This document shows positions 18,988-27,416 of a stretch of DNA of 64,000 nt, piece by piece. The stretch is from an uncultured virus (IMG/VR IMGVR_UViG_2627853969_000002) (taxonomy: Duplodnaviria; Heunggongvirae; Uroviricota; Caudoviricetes): the IMG/VR virus record IMGVR_UViG_2627853969_000002; one strand, 5' to 3'. Below the pieces are notes generated by a model that was given only the letters and a program-made list of their open reading frames with translations, did no database searches and was not told the origin of the DNA. Position 1 is the first letter of the stretch, and every line of letters begins with the position of its first letter. Position numbers and translations under genes: made by a program.

Positions 18988-19598
18988 TGCTTGGCTTCCT
19001 TGACAGCGATGGTGACTGGGAAGTGAGCATCTGGGTGCTGAATTACCTCATCGTCTTCTCCAGTGAGAGGTTCAGCACCATACTCAACGAGATGCTGATC
19101 CCCATATGAGCTCTTCTTGAAGTAGAAGGTCTGCTTCTTCTGGTCAGCATTCAGAAGCGTATTCAACAGACGCCCCCAACCGAACCTAACTCCCTTGGCA
19201 ATCGCCACAATGCCAGCACCGGTCGCATCCCAGTGGCACACGCCAAGCTTGAAGTAGTCCTCATCCAGCAATGCGTCGCGATAAAAATATCCCTTCCACG
19301 TGTGATCGTCCACCTGTGTCATGGGAACATCGAGCCCAGTACCAGGCACTTGCCGCACACCAACGAACGGCATCATCGGCACGCATTTCGCATTGATGAC
19401 GTCATACCCGATATACGCCTTGATCGAATCCCACGGCCCCGGCGCATGGGAGGTGGCAATCACTTCGTAACGTTTGACCGGGTGCGGATTGAGGTGCCCG
19501 GTGGCGCCGTCATTGCCGACATCGATGCCTTTGGAGCAGCCCGCAGCGGTCAGGGCCAGCGGCATGATGGCGGTGGCGGCCAGGTGGTGCAGTTTCAT
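18984..19598 (-). CDS. lipoprotein, putative cognate immunity protein
   Basis: MKLHHLAATAIMPLALTAAGC lipobox; 4-bp overlap with the effector start. Confidence 0.8.
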   Translation of the reverse strand: MKLHHLAATAIMPLALTAAGCSKGIDVGNDGATGHLNPHPVKRYEVIATSHAPGPWDSIKAYIGYDVINAKCVPMMPFVGVRQVPGTGLDVPMTQVDDHTWKGYFYRDALLDEDYFKLGVCHWDATGAGIVAIAKGVRFGWGRLLNTLLNADQKKQTFYFKKSSYGDQHLVEYGAEPLTGEDDEVIQHPDAHFPVTIAVKEAKQ

Positions 19599-20192
19599 CG
19601 GGTCGTCCTCGGATAGGGGCGCGGCGGATGCGGCTGTCGATTGGGACGGCCACGGCGCGGGTTTGCGCTTGGGTTGCACTGGCAATCCGCCAGGTGGCAG
19701 CGGCCCCAGTTCGGCGCGCACCCGCGCATTGATGATGGCCATATCGCGCAGCAGCTGCAGATCGTGCAGCGGATCGCGCACCTTGAGTTTGCGCGGGCGA
19801 TAGGGATTGTCGCTGTGATCTTCGTGATCGTCGGTGTCCTGGCTCATCGCGCGAGACCTCGGCCTTGGAGAAGGGGGGATGCCATCAGGACGGATCGTAT
19901 TTTCATGCGGTCAGTCCAGATCGGTCGCCCAGGTGCGTGACCGGCACGGCGGTCAGGATAAGCGTGGGCGCGGCATGGGACGGCGTGGCAACAGGAGATC
20001 GCACAGCCATGGTTTCACCTGTGGGAAGGTAGAGAGACAGCCTACTACCCAGGGCGTGATCGCGATAGCGCGGTGCCGGGTTGACGCTGCTCAAGCGCCA
20101 CGCGGGATGAGCGGCCATCATGGCCCCGTGTCCGGCATGCATAGTCTCTCGTGACTGCTAAGCCCTGTATATCAGGAGTCTGGCTGTCGTTT

Positions 20193-20210
20193 TGTAAGAC
20201 TTTTCCTACA
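20193..20210. promoter_or_regulatory. imperfect palindrome TGTAAG-N6-CCTACA
   Basis: Lies upstream of the effector operon; resembles NarL/LuxR (GacA-type) boxes. Confidence 0.3.
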
Positions 20211-20221
20211 GCGCCAGCGGT

Positions 20222-20707
20222 TCAATGGCCTTGTTGGCCTACCGCGATTGCCTCACGTTGCGCCAGCCAAGACGCCGACAGCTTGCCGCGTAGCAATTGA
20301 CTAACGCCCACCTCGAGGTTCCCCGAGACGAGGGCCTCGACCACATCCGGGGCCAGTTGCGCCAGTCGACTCATCCTGCTGGCCTGGCCGAGGTCGATGC
20401 CTTCGGCCTGCGCGATCTCGGTCATGGAATCGAACCGTCCCTGGTCCAGCAAACGTTGCCAATGGTGCGCCAAGCCGAGCGCGCGCATCAACGCGGTGTC
20501 CTGCGGCACCTTGCGCACCGGTCGCTCACGACAGGCCTGCTCGCCGAACTCCTGAGGCGCATCCAGCGGCGTGATGACCTGCTGCTTGCCACCCCTGCGT
20601 ATCAACGTCCAGGGCAGGAAGGTTTCCATCTGCACACCCCCTGCTGGCATCGGGATCTGATACGTCACCGGATCACCTGTGACGCGCACGCGATGTCGTT
20701 TGCTCAT
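20222..20707 (-). CDS. recombinase-associated HTH protein
   Basis: LGLAHHWQRLL...IAQAEG..LAPD; paralogous to 20704-21075. Confidence 0.75.
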   Translation of the reverse strand: MSKRHRVRVTGDPVTYQIPMPAGGVQMETFLPWTLIRRGGKQQVITPLDAPQEFGEQACRERPVRKVPQDTALMRALGLAHHWQRLLDQGRFDSMTEIAQAEGIDLGQASRMSRLAQLAPDVVEALVSGNLEVGVSQLLRGKLSASWLAQREAIAVGQQGH

Positions 20708-21075
20708 CGCAGCTCCTCGAAACTGGCCATGAGCTGACGCTGGGCGTACCAGTCGACCATCAAGCGATTGCGTTGGAACCACATCAGGGTCAACCGCGGT
20801 GGCTGCTTGCCCGCCATGCACTGCTCCACGATGTCAGGGGCCAGCAGCGTCATGCGCAGCGATTCGTTGACCACTGATTGGTCCAGGTCTTCGGCGCGCG
20901 CGATAGCCGATCCGCTCGGCATGGCCCCGATATCCAGCAGGTGCTGCCAGTAGAATGCACGCGCCAGCCCTTCTATCAGCGTGACGTCGTGGACACTGCC
21001 CTGCTCCGCCGCCGCGCGCTGGATACCACGGCGGCTAAATGTCAGCGGTACAAAGGTTTCCATCGATGCGTCCAT
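20704..21075 (-). CDS. recombinase-associated HTH protein
   Basis: LARAFYWQHLL...IARAE..LAPD; overlaps both neighbours. Confidence 0.75.
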   Translation of the reverse strand: MDASMETFVPLTFSRRGIQRAAAEQGSVHDVTLIEGLARAFYWQHLLDIGAMPSGSAIARAEDLDQSVVNESLRMTLLAPDIVEQCMAGKQPPRLTLMWFQRNRLMVDWYAQRQLMASFEELR

Positions 21076-22463
21076 CAAGCCTCGACCTCCAGCAATTCGG
21101 CACCGATGCTGTTGGGTGCAAACTCCTCGATCAACGCACTCCAGCCAATCTCCCGCCACCTCACCTTGATCCCGCGCACCTCGCCGGCATGGACGAGGTC
21201 GATGCGCTCGATCATCAAATTGGCGATACGGTGGCGTTCGACCGGGAACAGTTGATCCCACACCTCGTTGAGCTGCTTCATCGCCATCACGGTGGTGGGC
21301 TCGTCGATCTGGGCACCGGTGTGTTGGATGTGCCGCACTACCGCTGCCACCGACTCCGGGCTGGCCAGCACCGTGCGGATCTGGGCCACCACCGCCGCCT
21401 CAATCTCCGGCGCAGGCAGGCGCTCGCAGCTTTTGCCCGACGCGCCGAACCGTAATTCGGACTTGGACAAGTAGTAGTGGTATTTACGCCCCTGCTTGCA
21501 CGAGTAGGTCGGATACATCCGCTCCCCGGAGGGCGCATACAGCAGGCCGCGTAGCAACGCATCAGTGCGTGACCGGGTCTTGGTCTCCACGGCTCGGCGA
21601 TGCCCGTCCTTGGCCAGCACCTCATGGACCCGCCCCCACAACCCTGGATCGATGATGGCGTCATGCACACCGGTGTACCAACTGCCCTTGTGTGACAACT
21701 CGCCGAGGTAGATGCGGTTGCGCAGCAGTTTGTGCAGGTATTTCTTGTCGATGCGTGCGCCTACCCGCTCCTGCCCCTCTTGCGTCTTCCACGCCTTGGT
21801 GGTGATGCCCTCCTCGGCCAGGTTGGCGGCGATCTGGGTGGGTGAGCCGATGGTCAGCATCTGCGCGAAGATCCGGCGCACCACGGCGGCCTCGGTTTCG
21901 TTGATCACAAGCTTGCGGTGCTCGACGTCGTAACCCAAGGGCGGCACGCCGCCCATCCACATCCCCTTGCGCTTGGAGGCAGCGATCTTGTCGCGGATAC
22001 GCTCGCCGGTGACCTCGCGCTCGAACTGGGCGAAGGACAGCAGGACGTTGAGCATCAGCCGTCCCATCGAGGTGGTCGTATTGAACTGCTGCGTGACCGA
22101 CACGAAGGACACGCCGTGGCGCTCGAACACCTCGACCATCTTGGAGAAGTCGGCCAGGCTGCGCGTCAAACGATCGATCTTGTAGACCACCACAATGTCG
22201 ATCTGACCACGCTCAATGTCGGCTATCAGACGCTTCAGACCCGGTCGATCTGTGTTCCCACCGGAAAACCCAGGATCGTCGTAGTCGTCGGCCACCCGCA
22301 TCCATCCCTCGGCGCGCTGGCTGACCACATAGGCGTGGCCAGCCTCCTTCTGCGCATCGATGGAGTTGAACTCCTGATCCAGACGCTCGTCCGACGAGAC
22401 CCGGCAGTAGACGGCACAACGTTTGCGCGCTTTGGTGGAAGCCATCTGCGTGAGATCGTTCAT
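21075..22463 (-). CDS. large serine recombinase (integrase)
   Basis: YCRVSS catalytic Ser, DRLTRS, FAQFERE, GGVPPLGY recombinase domain. Confidence 0.95.
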   Translation of the reverse strand: MNDLTQMASTKARKRCAVYCRVSSDERLDQEFNSIDAQKEAGHAYVVSQRAEGWMRVADDYDDPGFSGGNTDRPGLKRLIADIERGQIDIVVVYKIDRLTRSLADFSKMVEVFERHGVSFVSVTQQFNTTTSMGRLMLNVLLSFAQFEREVTGERIRDKIAASKRKGMWMGGVPPLGYDVEHRKLVINETEAAVVRRIFAQMLTIGSPTQIAANLAEEGITTKAWKTQEGQERVGARIDKKYLHKLLRNRIYLGELSHKGSWYTGVHDAIIDPGLWGRVHEVLAKDGHRRAVETKTRSRTDALLRGLLYAPSGERMYPTYSCKQGRKYHYYLSKSELRFGASGKSCERLPAPEIEAAVVAQIRTVLASPESVAAVVRHIQHTGAQIDEPTTVMAMKQLNEVWDQLFPVERHRIANLMIERIDLVHAGEVRGIKVRWREIGWSALIEEFAPNSIGAELLEVEA

Positions 22464-22912
22464 CGTGCACCGCCTTTGCCTTTCAGGCCAAAGAACAGCG
22501 GGCCAGACCAATGCGTGCCAGTGATGCGACGGGCAACGGCCGTCAGGCTCTTGAACGTGCTGCCCTCGTACTCGAACAGGCCCTGTGCCGTGACCCGGAC
22601 CGTGTGTTCCCGCTCCCCCCATTCGCGCAGCAACACCGTGCCAGGCGCAAAGGTGATCTCCTCTGCTCGTGCCCGCAGCTTGATCTTGGAGTGCTTGGCA
22701 CCGATGGCCTCCAGGCGCTGGCGCGTGGTGTGGGATAGACCGCCAAAGGCGTGTTCCTGGATCTTGTAGGCGATGCGCGATTCAATGAAGCCACGGTTGG
22801 GGTAACCGGGACGGCTGGTGAAATAGCGATCCCACACCGACCAAAGATCGGCGATAGGCAGACTGGACAGCGCGGCGATCTGGGCAGCGACAGAGGCGTG
22901 TTGGTCGTTCAT
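22460..22912 (-). CDS. DUF2924-like protein
   Basis: PGTVLLREW...FKSLTAVARRITGTHWSGPLFFGL, upstream of the LSR. Confidence 0.85.
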   Translation of the reverse strand: MNDQHASVAAQIAALSSLPIADLWSVWDRYFTSRPGYPNRGFIESRIAYKIQEHAFGGLSHTTRQRLEAIGAKHSKIKLRARAEEITFAPGTVLLREWGEREHTVRVTAQGLFEYEGSTFKSLTAVARRITGTHWSGPLFFGLKGKGGAR

Positions 22913-23100
22913 GAAAACTCCTGCGGATAGGGAGTTGTATAGACGCTCTGGTCGGGCACAAAGCCAAGTCCACTCTCGGCACTGGGTCGCACTTCCGGAC
23001 ACAAAGTACGGACGATTGCCGCTGCAAGGATGGTGGTGATCTCCTGAGCACGCGCGCTGGCGCTCAGCGTCGCAGCAGGTGCAAGTTCGAGGTGCTTCAT
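22909..23100 (-). CDS. small hypothetical protein
   Basis: RBS GGAG; coupled to DUF2924; MKHLELAP start also present in copy A near 2328. Confidence 0.55.
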   Translation of the reverse strand: MKHLELAPAATLSASARAQEITTILAAAIVRTLCPEVRPSAESGLGFVPDQSVYTTPYPQEFS

Positions 23101-23273
23101 GACGGCTCCGGGGAATAGCAACCGTCGAGGATGGTGCGCCCAAACTTCCGAAGTGGATGGCAACACAGGGTAATGCGGCATACTCGATGGCGCGCCTGCA
23201 AAGAGTTAACAACGGCTCAGGTGAGCGGTAGGATCATCTCCGCGTTAACCAAAAACGGAATTAGGTTATCGCC

Positions 23274-23552
23274 ATGACATTTGGCGCATTCATCCGCAAG
23301 AAGCGCAAGGAAAAAGGCATTCAAATGAATGACCTCGCGCGGCAACTTGCGATCTCTCCCGCTTACTGGTCGCGGATCGAACGCGACATGGAAAAGCCGC
23401 CCAAGGACGAACTGATCCAGAAGGCAGCGGACATCTTGGACTTGCACTCCGACGACGCCTTCGTGGAAGCCAGCCGTCTTCCGCCCGACATTCGCAACGA
23501 TGTGGGGAATCTGGTACGGATGTACCGCAAGCGCCGCAAAAAGGACCAGTAA
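23274..23552 (+). CDS. XRE-family HTH regulator
   Basis: Paralogue of 2515-2793. Confidence 0.9.
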   Translation: MTFGAFIRKKRKEKGIQMNDLARQLAISPAYWSRIERDMEKPPKDELIQKAADILDLHSDDAFVEASRLPPDIRNDVGNLVRMYRKRRKKDQ

Positions 23553-23675
23553 GTGTCGCCTGCTGCCGATACGCCAGGCCAAGCGCTGGCGCTGATCACT
23601 GTATCCGATGAACGCGGCTACCCGGTGCGGGTAGAGCGAGACGACTTTCTTCATCAGGAGGCCAGAATGCACTAA
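23553..23675 (+). CDS. 40-aa small ORF (GTG start)
   Basis: Paralogue of 2794-2916 with several synonymous changes. Confidence 0.5.
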   Translation: MSPAADTPGQALALITVSDERGYPVRVERDDFLHQEARMH

Positions 23676-23774
23676 CGCGGCGGCACCCCCGCTGCTGACT
23701 CCGCGCCGGCATTATTTTCACTTTCAAATTAACAGTTCGCGCAATCGTGTAATTTTCAGAAATGGACTTTACCC

Positions 23775-25196
23775 ATGTCAGTAGATCCCTCCATTGATGG
23801 ACAGCACCCCATCCCCCCTTCTGAGAACCAGCCTGCCAAGCAGGATCGCAAATGCCAATCGGATGATGCAGGTCCGCTCATCCTGCCGGACATGCAGCAC
23901 TTCGTTAGCTTATTGCGCAAGGTCAAGCATCCGCGCCAGGCATTACTGCTGATCGAGCGCGCCAGTGACTCCCCATTACCCGAAACGGCGACACTGATCG
24001 ACAGGGGGGCGCTATCGGTTGAATCGCGCAAGGCGATGTTCCATCGGGTCGCAACGCTCGAGGCCACGGTCCGGCGTCGCATCGAACACGCCGCCGAGCG
24101 CATCATGCTGCTGGACGATGAGTACGGCGCTCAAGCCGTCCAGTCGCTGCTCGACGAACACGGCGACGCTGAGGTCCTTGCCATGCCCAGCGACCGCCAC
24201 AGTCGCGCGCTGTACTTGTACCTGTTGCAGGACTTCCTGGCCAACGGAGCCAAGCCTGATCCACGCTTTGACCATGCCGAACGCTTGCAGGCAATGCACC
24301 GGCAATGGAAGAGCGACAACTACTCCAGCCACTACCTTGGCCCCAGGGGCGTCGTGCCGCAGATCGGCCCCGATGTCGAGGACGCCTTGCGCAGGCGCAT
24401 CACCGCGCTGTTCCCGCAGGTGCCGGTCGACCAGATCCTCATCGAGCAATTCACCCAGCGTGATCTTGCGCACGCCGCCCCCAGCAGCGGACAAGATGCA
24501 GATGACGCCGACTCGGTCCTCCTGCACACCCTCACCGCCACGTTCAATGGCACGACCACCCACTACCAGCAGGTCAAGAACGGCGAGGTGGAAGACCATG
24601 AAGTGCCCGTTGCGATGTCGGCCTGTTTTTCATGGGAGCCGCAGACCGGCGCACTCAGCGTGCATTGCGAGGACCGTGAAATTCGCCGCGAGTTAGCCAC
24701 TGTCTTCCGCGATGTTGCGCTCGCCTGCAATGACGGCATTGCCGACATCCCCCTGCGCAAATTCGACATCTTTGGCTTTTCCACGCCCGAGATGCTCGCG
24801 CGCTTGGAACACGAGCGTGTGGCCGGAGTGGAAAAAATCACGATCCTCCAACTCAAGGTCGAGCACCTGTTCGAGCAGATGACGTCCGACGAAGCCAACG
24901 AACGCGACATCGTGCAGCACCTGTCCAGCACACTGCTCATCGGTCGGGATCGGCGCGACACCCGTAACATTTATGAGGTCGCCAACGACGACTACGGCAT
25001 TGACGATCTGACCAGGTACACCGTGACACAAGTCAAACTCGTGTTTCGGATGGCTAAACAGCCGCACCGCAAGGCGCATCACCTCGCCGTCCAGATCACC
25101 GCACCGAACGGTCTGAACGACAAGAGCAAGACCGAGGATGACCGCAAGCGCGTCCTGCAGCAGCTTGCTCGCATCGGCGTGCTTCGCGAGGGTTGA
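23775..25196 (+). CDS. prophage hypothetical protein (473 aa)
   Basis: Paralogue of 3016-4443. Confidence 0.85.
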   Translation: MSVDPSIDGQHPIPPSENQPAKQDRKCQSDDAGPLILPDMQHFVSLLRKVKHPRQALLLIERASDSPLPETATLIDRGALSVESRKAMFHRVATLEATVRRRIEHAAERIMLLDDEYGAQAVQSLLDEHGDAEVLAMPSDRHSRALYLYLLQDFLANGAKPDPRFDHAERLQAMHRQWKSDNYSSHYLGPRGVVPQIGPDVEDALRRRITALFPQVPVDQILIEQFTQRDLAHAAPSSGQDADDADSVLLHTLTATFNGTTTHYQQVKNGEVEDHEVPVAMSACFSWEPQTGALSVHCEDREIRRELATVFRDVALACNDGIADIPLRKFDIFGFSTPEMLARLEHERVAGVEKITILQLKVEHLFEQMTSDEANERDIVQHLSSTLLIGRDRRDTRNIYEVANDDYGIDDLTRYTVTQVKLVFRMAKQPHRKAHHLAVQITAPNGLNDKSKTEDDRKRVLQQLARIGVLREG

Positions 25197-25209
25197 AGGG
25201 ACGCAGGGG

Positions 25210-26145
25210 ATGTCAGCTTACTTGGAGTTTTTCAACACCCTGGATCGGCTGCAACGACTTGACGCACCCGTGATGGCCAAGACGCTCGGTCGATCCAGCG
25301 CCGATTTTTTGCATCGGCGCTGGATCACCGAGAGCGGATACCTCACCCACGTGATGGTGCCGTTCCTCGACTCGCAACAAGAGGTCCAGGTCCAAGCCGA
25401 CCCGGATGCGGCGGTCTACCGGTATCGCAGCCCACAGCAGCGCGGCAGGACGATCACCAGACCCTTGACGGAGATCGCGCTGTACACGCTGCGGTTGGAC
25501 GTATGGCTAGACGATATGGCCTGGTTGATCGGCATCGAGGAACGTCAGCGCTCCACTCACCGTGTCAGCGTGCCCGATCACCTGTGGCATCTGGGCGATG
25601 CACGGATCATGGGCACCGACGATTTCGCACCGGTGTTCGTGGCACGGGCTTTCCAGCGCGCGCCGAAAATCGAGATGGCAACGGCACTGGCCGATGCCAT
25701 CTGGCCACGCAGTGGCGTCCTATTGGCACCGCCGCCCTCGCTGACTGCCGTGCTACCACGTGACCACGCCATGCGGTCTCTCGACGAATTCGTTCGCGTG
25801 GACGAAGGCAGGGACGTCTTCGATACGAGCGCCTTCGACCGCGTCTTGCGTGGTCATCTCGCGTGCGCCGGGGTAACGGAACCGGAGCAGTTCTTACAAG
25901 GCCAACGCCTGAAGCTTCCCCACTTCGTGACCTCGCGTGAATTGTCGCGGGAACGCGCCAAGATCATCAAACACATGTGGGGGACCAACGGCCAGGCCGC
26001 TCCCGAGATGTCCTGGGCGCAGGTCAACCGTATCGCCAACACCGGCTACCAGTCCTTCGATGATGCCTTCGGTGGCAAGGCCATGCGCGAGGACGTGCTC
26101 TGGCTGGTCAAGCGCGGCAAATACCGGCTGCGGCGCAAACCATAA
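25210..26145 (+). CDS. prophage hypothetical protein, possible C-terminal wHTH
   Basis: Paralogue of 4457-5392. Confidence 0.8.
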   Translation: MSAYLEFFNTLDRLQRLDAPVMAKTLGRSSADFLHRRWITESGYLTHVMVPFLDSQQEVQVQADPDAAVYRYRSPQQRGRTITRPLTEIALYTLRLDVWLDDMAWLIGIEERQRSTHRVSVPDHLWHLGDARIMGTDDFAPVFVARAFQRAPKIEMATALADAIWPRSGVLLAPPPSLTAVLPRDHAMRSLDEFVRVDEGRDVFDTSAFDRVLRGHLACAGVTEPEQFLQGQRLKLPHFVTSRELSRERAKIIKHMWGTNGQAAPEMSWAQVNRIANTGYQSFDDAFGGKAMREDVLWLVKRGKYRLRRKP

Positions 26146-26454
26146 ACGCGCCCATAAATCGCGCCATACCTGAACCATCCAACCGTCGTCCCTCGGTGAT
26201 GCCTTCGGTGACAAGGCAGAGCGTGAGGGCTTGCCCTGGCTGTTCAAGCGCAGCAGATACCGGCTGCTGCGCAAAAACCATAAATCCGACCATAAATCGA
26301 ACCATACATGAACCATCCACCAGTCCCTCGGTGATGCCTTCGGTGACAAGGCAGAGCGTGAGGGCGTGCCCTGGCTGATCAAGCGCGGCAGATACCGGTT
26401 ACGGCACAAAAACCATAAATCCGACCATAAATCCGACCATACACGAACCATAAA
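26048..26454 (+). repeat. three tandem ~135-bp units with CCATAAA mini-repeats
   Basis: Units start at about 26048, 26185 and 26319. Confidence 0.85.
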
Positions 26455-26503
26455 TTCGTGTGGAAACTTCGCTGCGCCCATTTCACCCAAGAGGCGCATC
26501 GAC

Positions 26504-26767
26504 ATGCCAACCCGACTTCCCGCCACACAAATCGCTCAACTTTGTGAAAGCAAAGATCCCGGTAGCACCACCCGCATCGCCCTTGACGAGAGCGAACTGG
26601 CCGCGCGCTGGGGACTCTCCGTCAAGACCCTGCGCCGCTGGCGCCAGGAGCAACTCGGCCCGGTCTTCTGCAAGCTCGGAGCGCGCGTCACCTACCTGAT
26701 CTGCGACATCGAAGCCTTCGAGCAACGCGTCTCGCGCTACTCGACCTTCGCTCGGGCATATCCGTGA
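26504..26767 (+). CDS. MerR/AlpA-like HTH (excisionase-like)
   Basis: Paralogue of 5613-5876. Confidence 0.85.
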   Translation: MPTRLPATQIAQLCESKDPGSTTRIALDESELAARWGLSVKTLRRWRQEQLGPVFCKLGARVTYLICDIEAFEQRVSRYSTFARAYP

Positions 26768-26886
26768 GCAAGACGGCGATGCGCGACCAGACACCGGCAT
26801 CGCCGCGATGTGCGTTCGGTACCGCACACCCCCTGGACCCTGACACGCCGTCCCTTTCCCATCCCTTCGATTCGGAGCTAACACGC

Positions 26887-27162
26887 ATGAGCCTGATCAC
26901 ATCACTGCGTCAGAAGCTGTTTTACGTCTACGGCGAACATCTGCCTGAGGAAATCCACTATCACCGGGCAGATGGGCAACACGTCGTTGTCGCACTCCAA
27001 GACGCCACGGTCGACGAACTGGCCTTCGCCATCCAGACCATCAACACCGAGTCTGTGGCACTGAGCCGCCATCGCAACGCGTTGGAAGAACTCCACACCG
27101 AGGTACGCAAACGCGCCGCGTGTGGGGCGGACCGCATCGCCGACGTTGCATGGGATAGCTGA
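26887..27162 (+). CDS. prophage hypothetical protein
   Basis: Paralogue of 5995-6270. Confidence 0.75.
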   Translation: MSLITSLRQKLFYVYGEHLPEEIHYHRADGQHVVVALQDATVDELAFAIQTINTESVALSRHRNALEELHTEVRKRAACGADRIADVAWDS

Positions 27163-27164
27163 AC

Positions 27165-27416
27165 ATGACCCACCCCCATCCCGTCGAGAGCATCGAACCC
27201 ATGGTCGATGCCAAATACGCGGCGGCGGCATTGCGCCTGCCCTACTACTGGTTCTCTGACCAGGCGATGCGCAACAAATACCGGATTCCGCACTATCTGC
27301 TGGGAGGGCTGGTGCGCTACCGCCTCTCAGAACTGTCCGCATGGGCTGCACGCAACACGCTCGTCCAGCGTGGTGACACGCCGAACGTTGGTGACGCAAC
27401 CGAGGGAGCCGAATGA
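27165..27416 (+). CDS. small HTH-like prophage protein
   Basis: IPHYLLGGLVRYRLSEL excisionase-like wing; overlaps the primase start. Confidence 0.75.
   Translation: MTHPHPVESIEPMVDAKYAAAALRLPYYWFSDQAMRNKYRIPHYLLGGLVRYRLSELSAWAARNTLVQRGDTPNVGDATEGAE

Noticed and set aside
26048..26454. Tandem repeats as a CRISPR array or DGR template/variable repeat
   Set aside because: No unique spacers, differences are not adenine-specific, and no reverse transcriptase is in the window.
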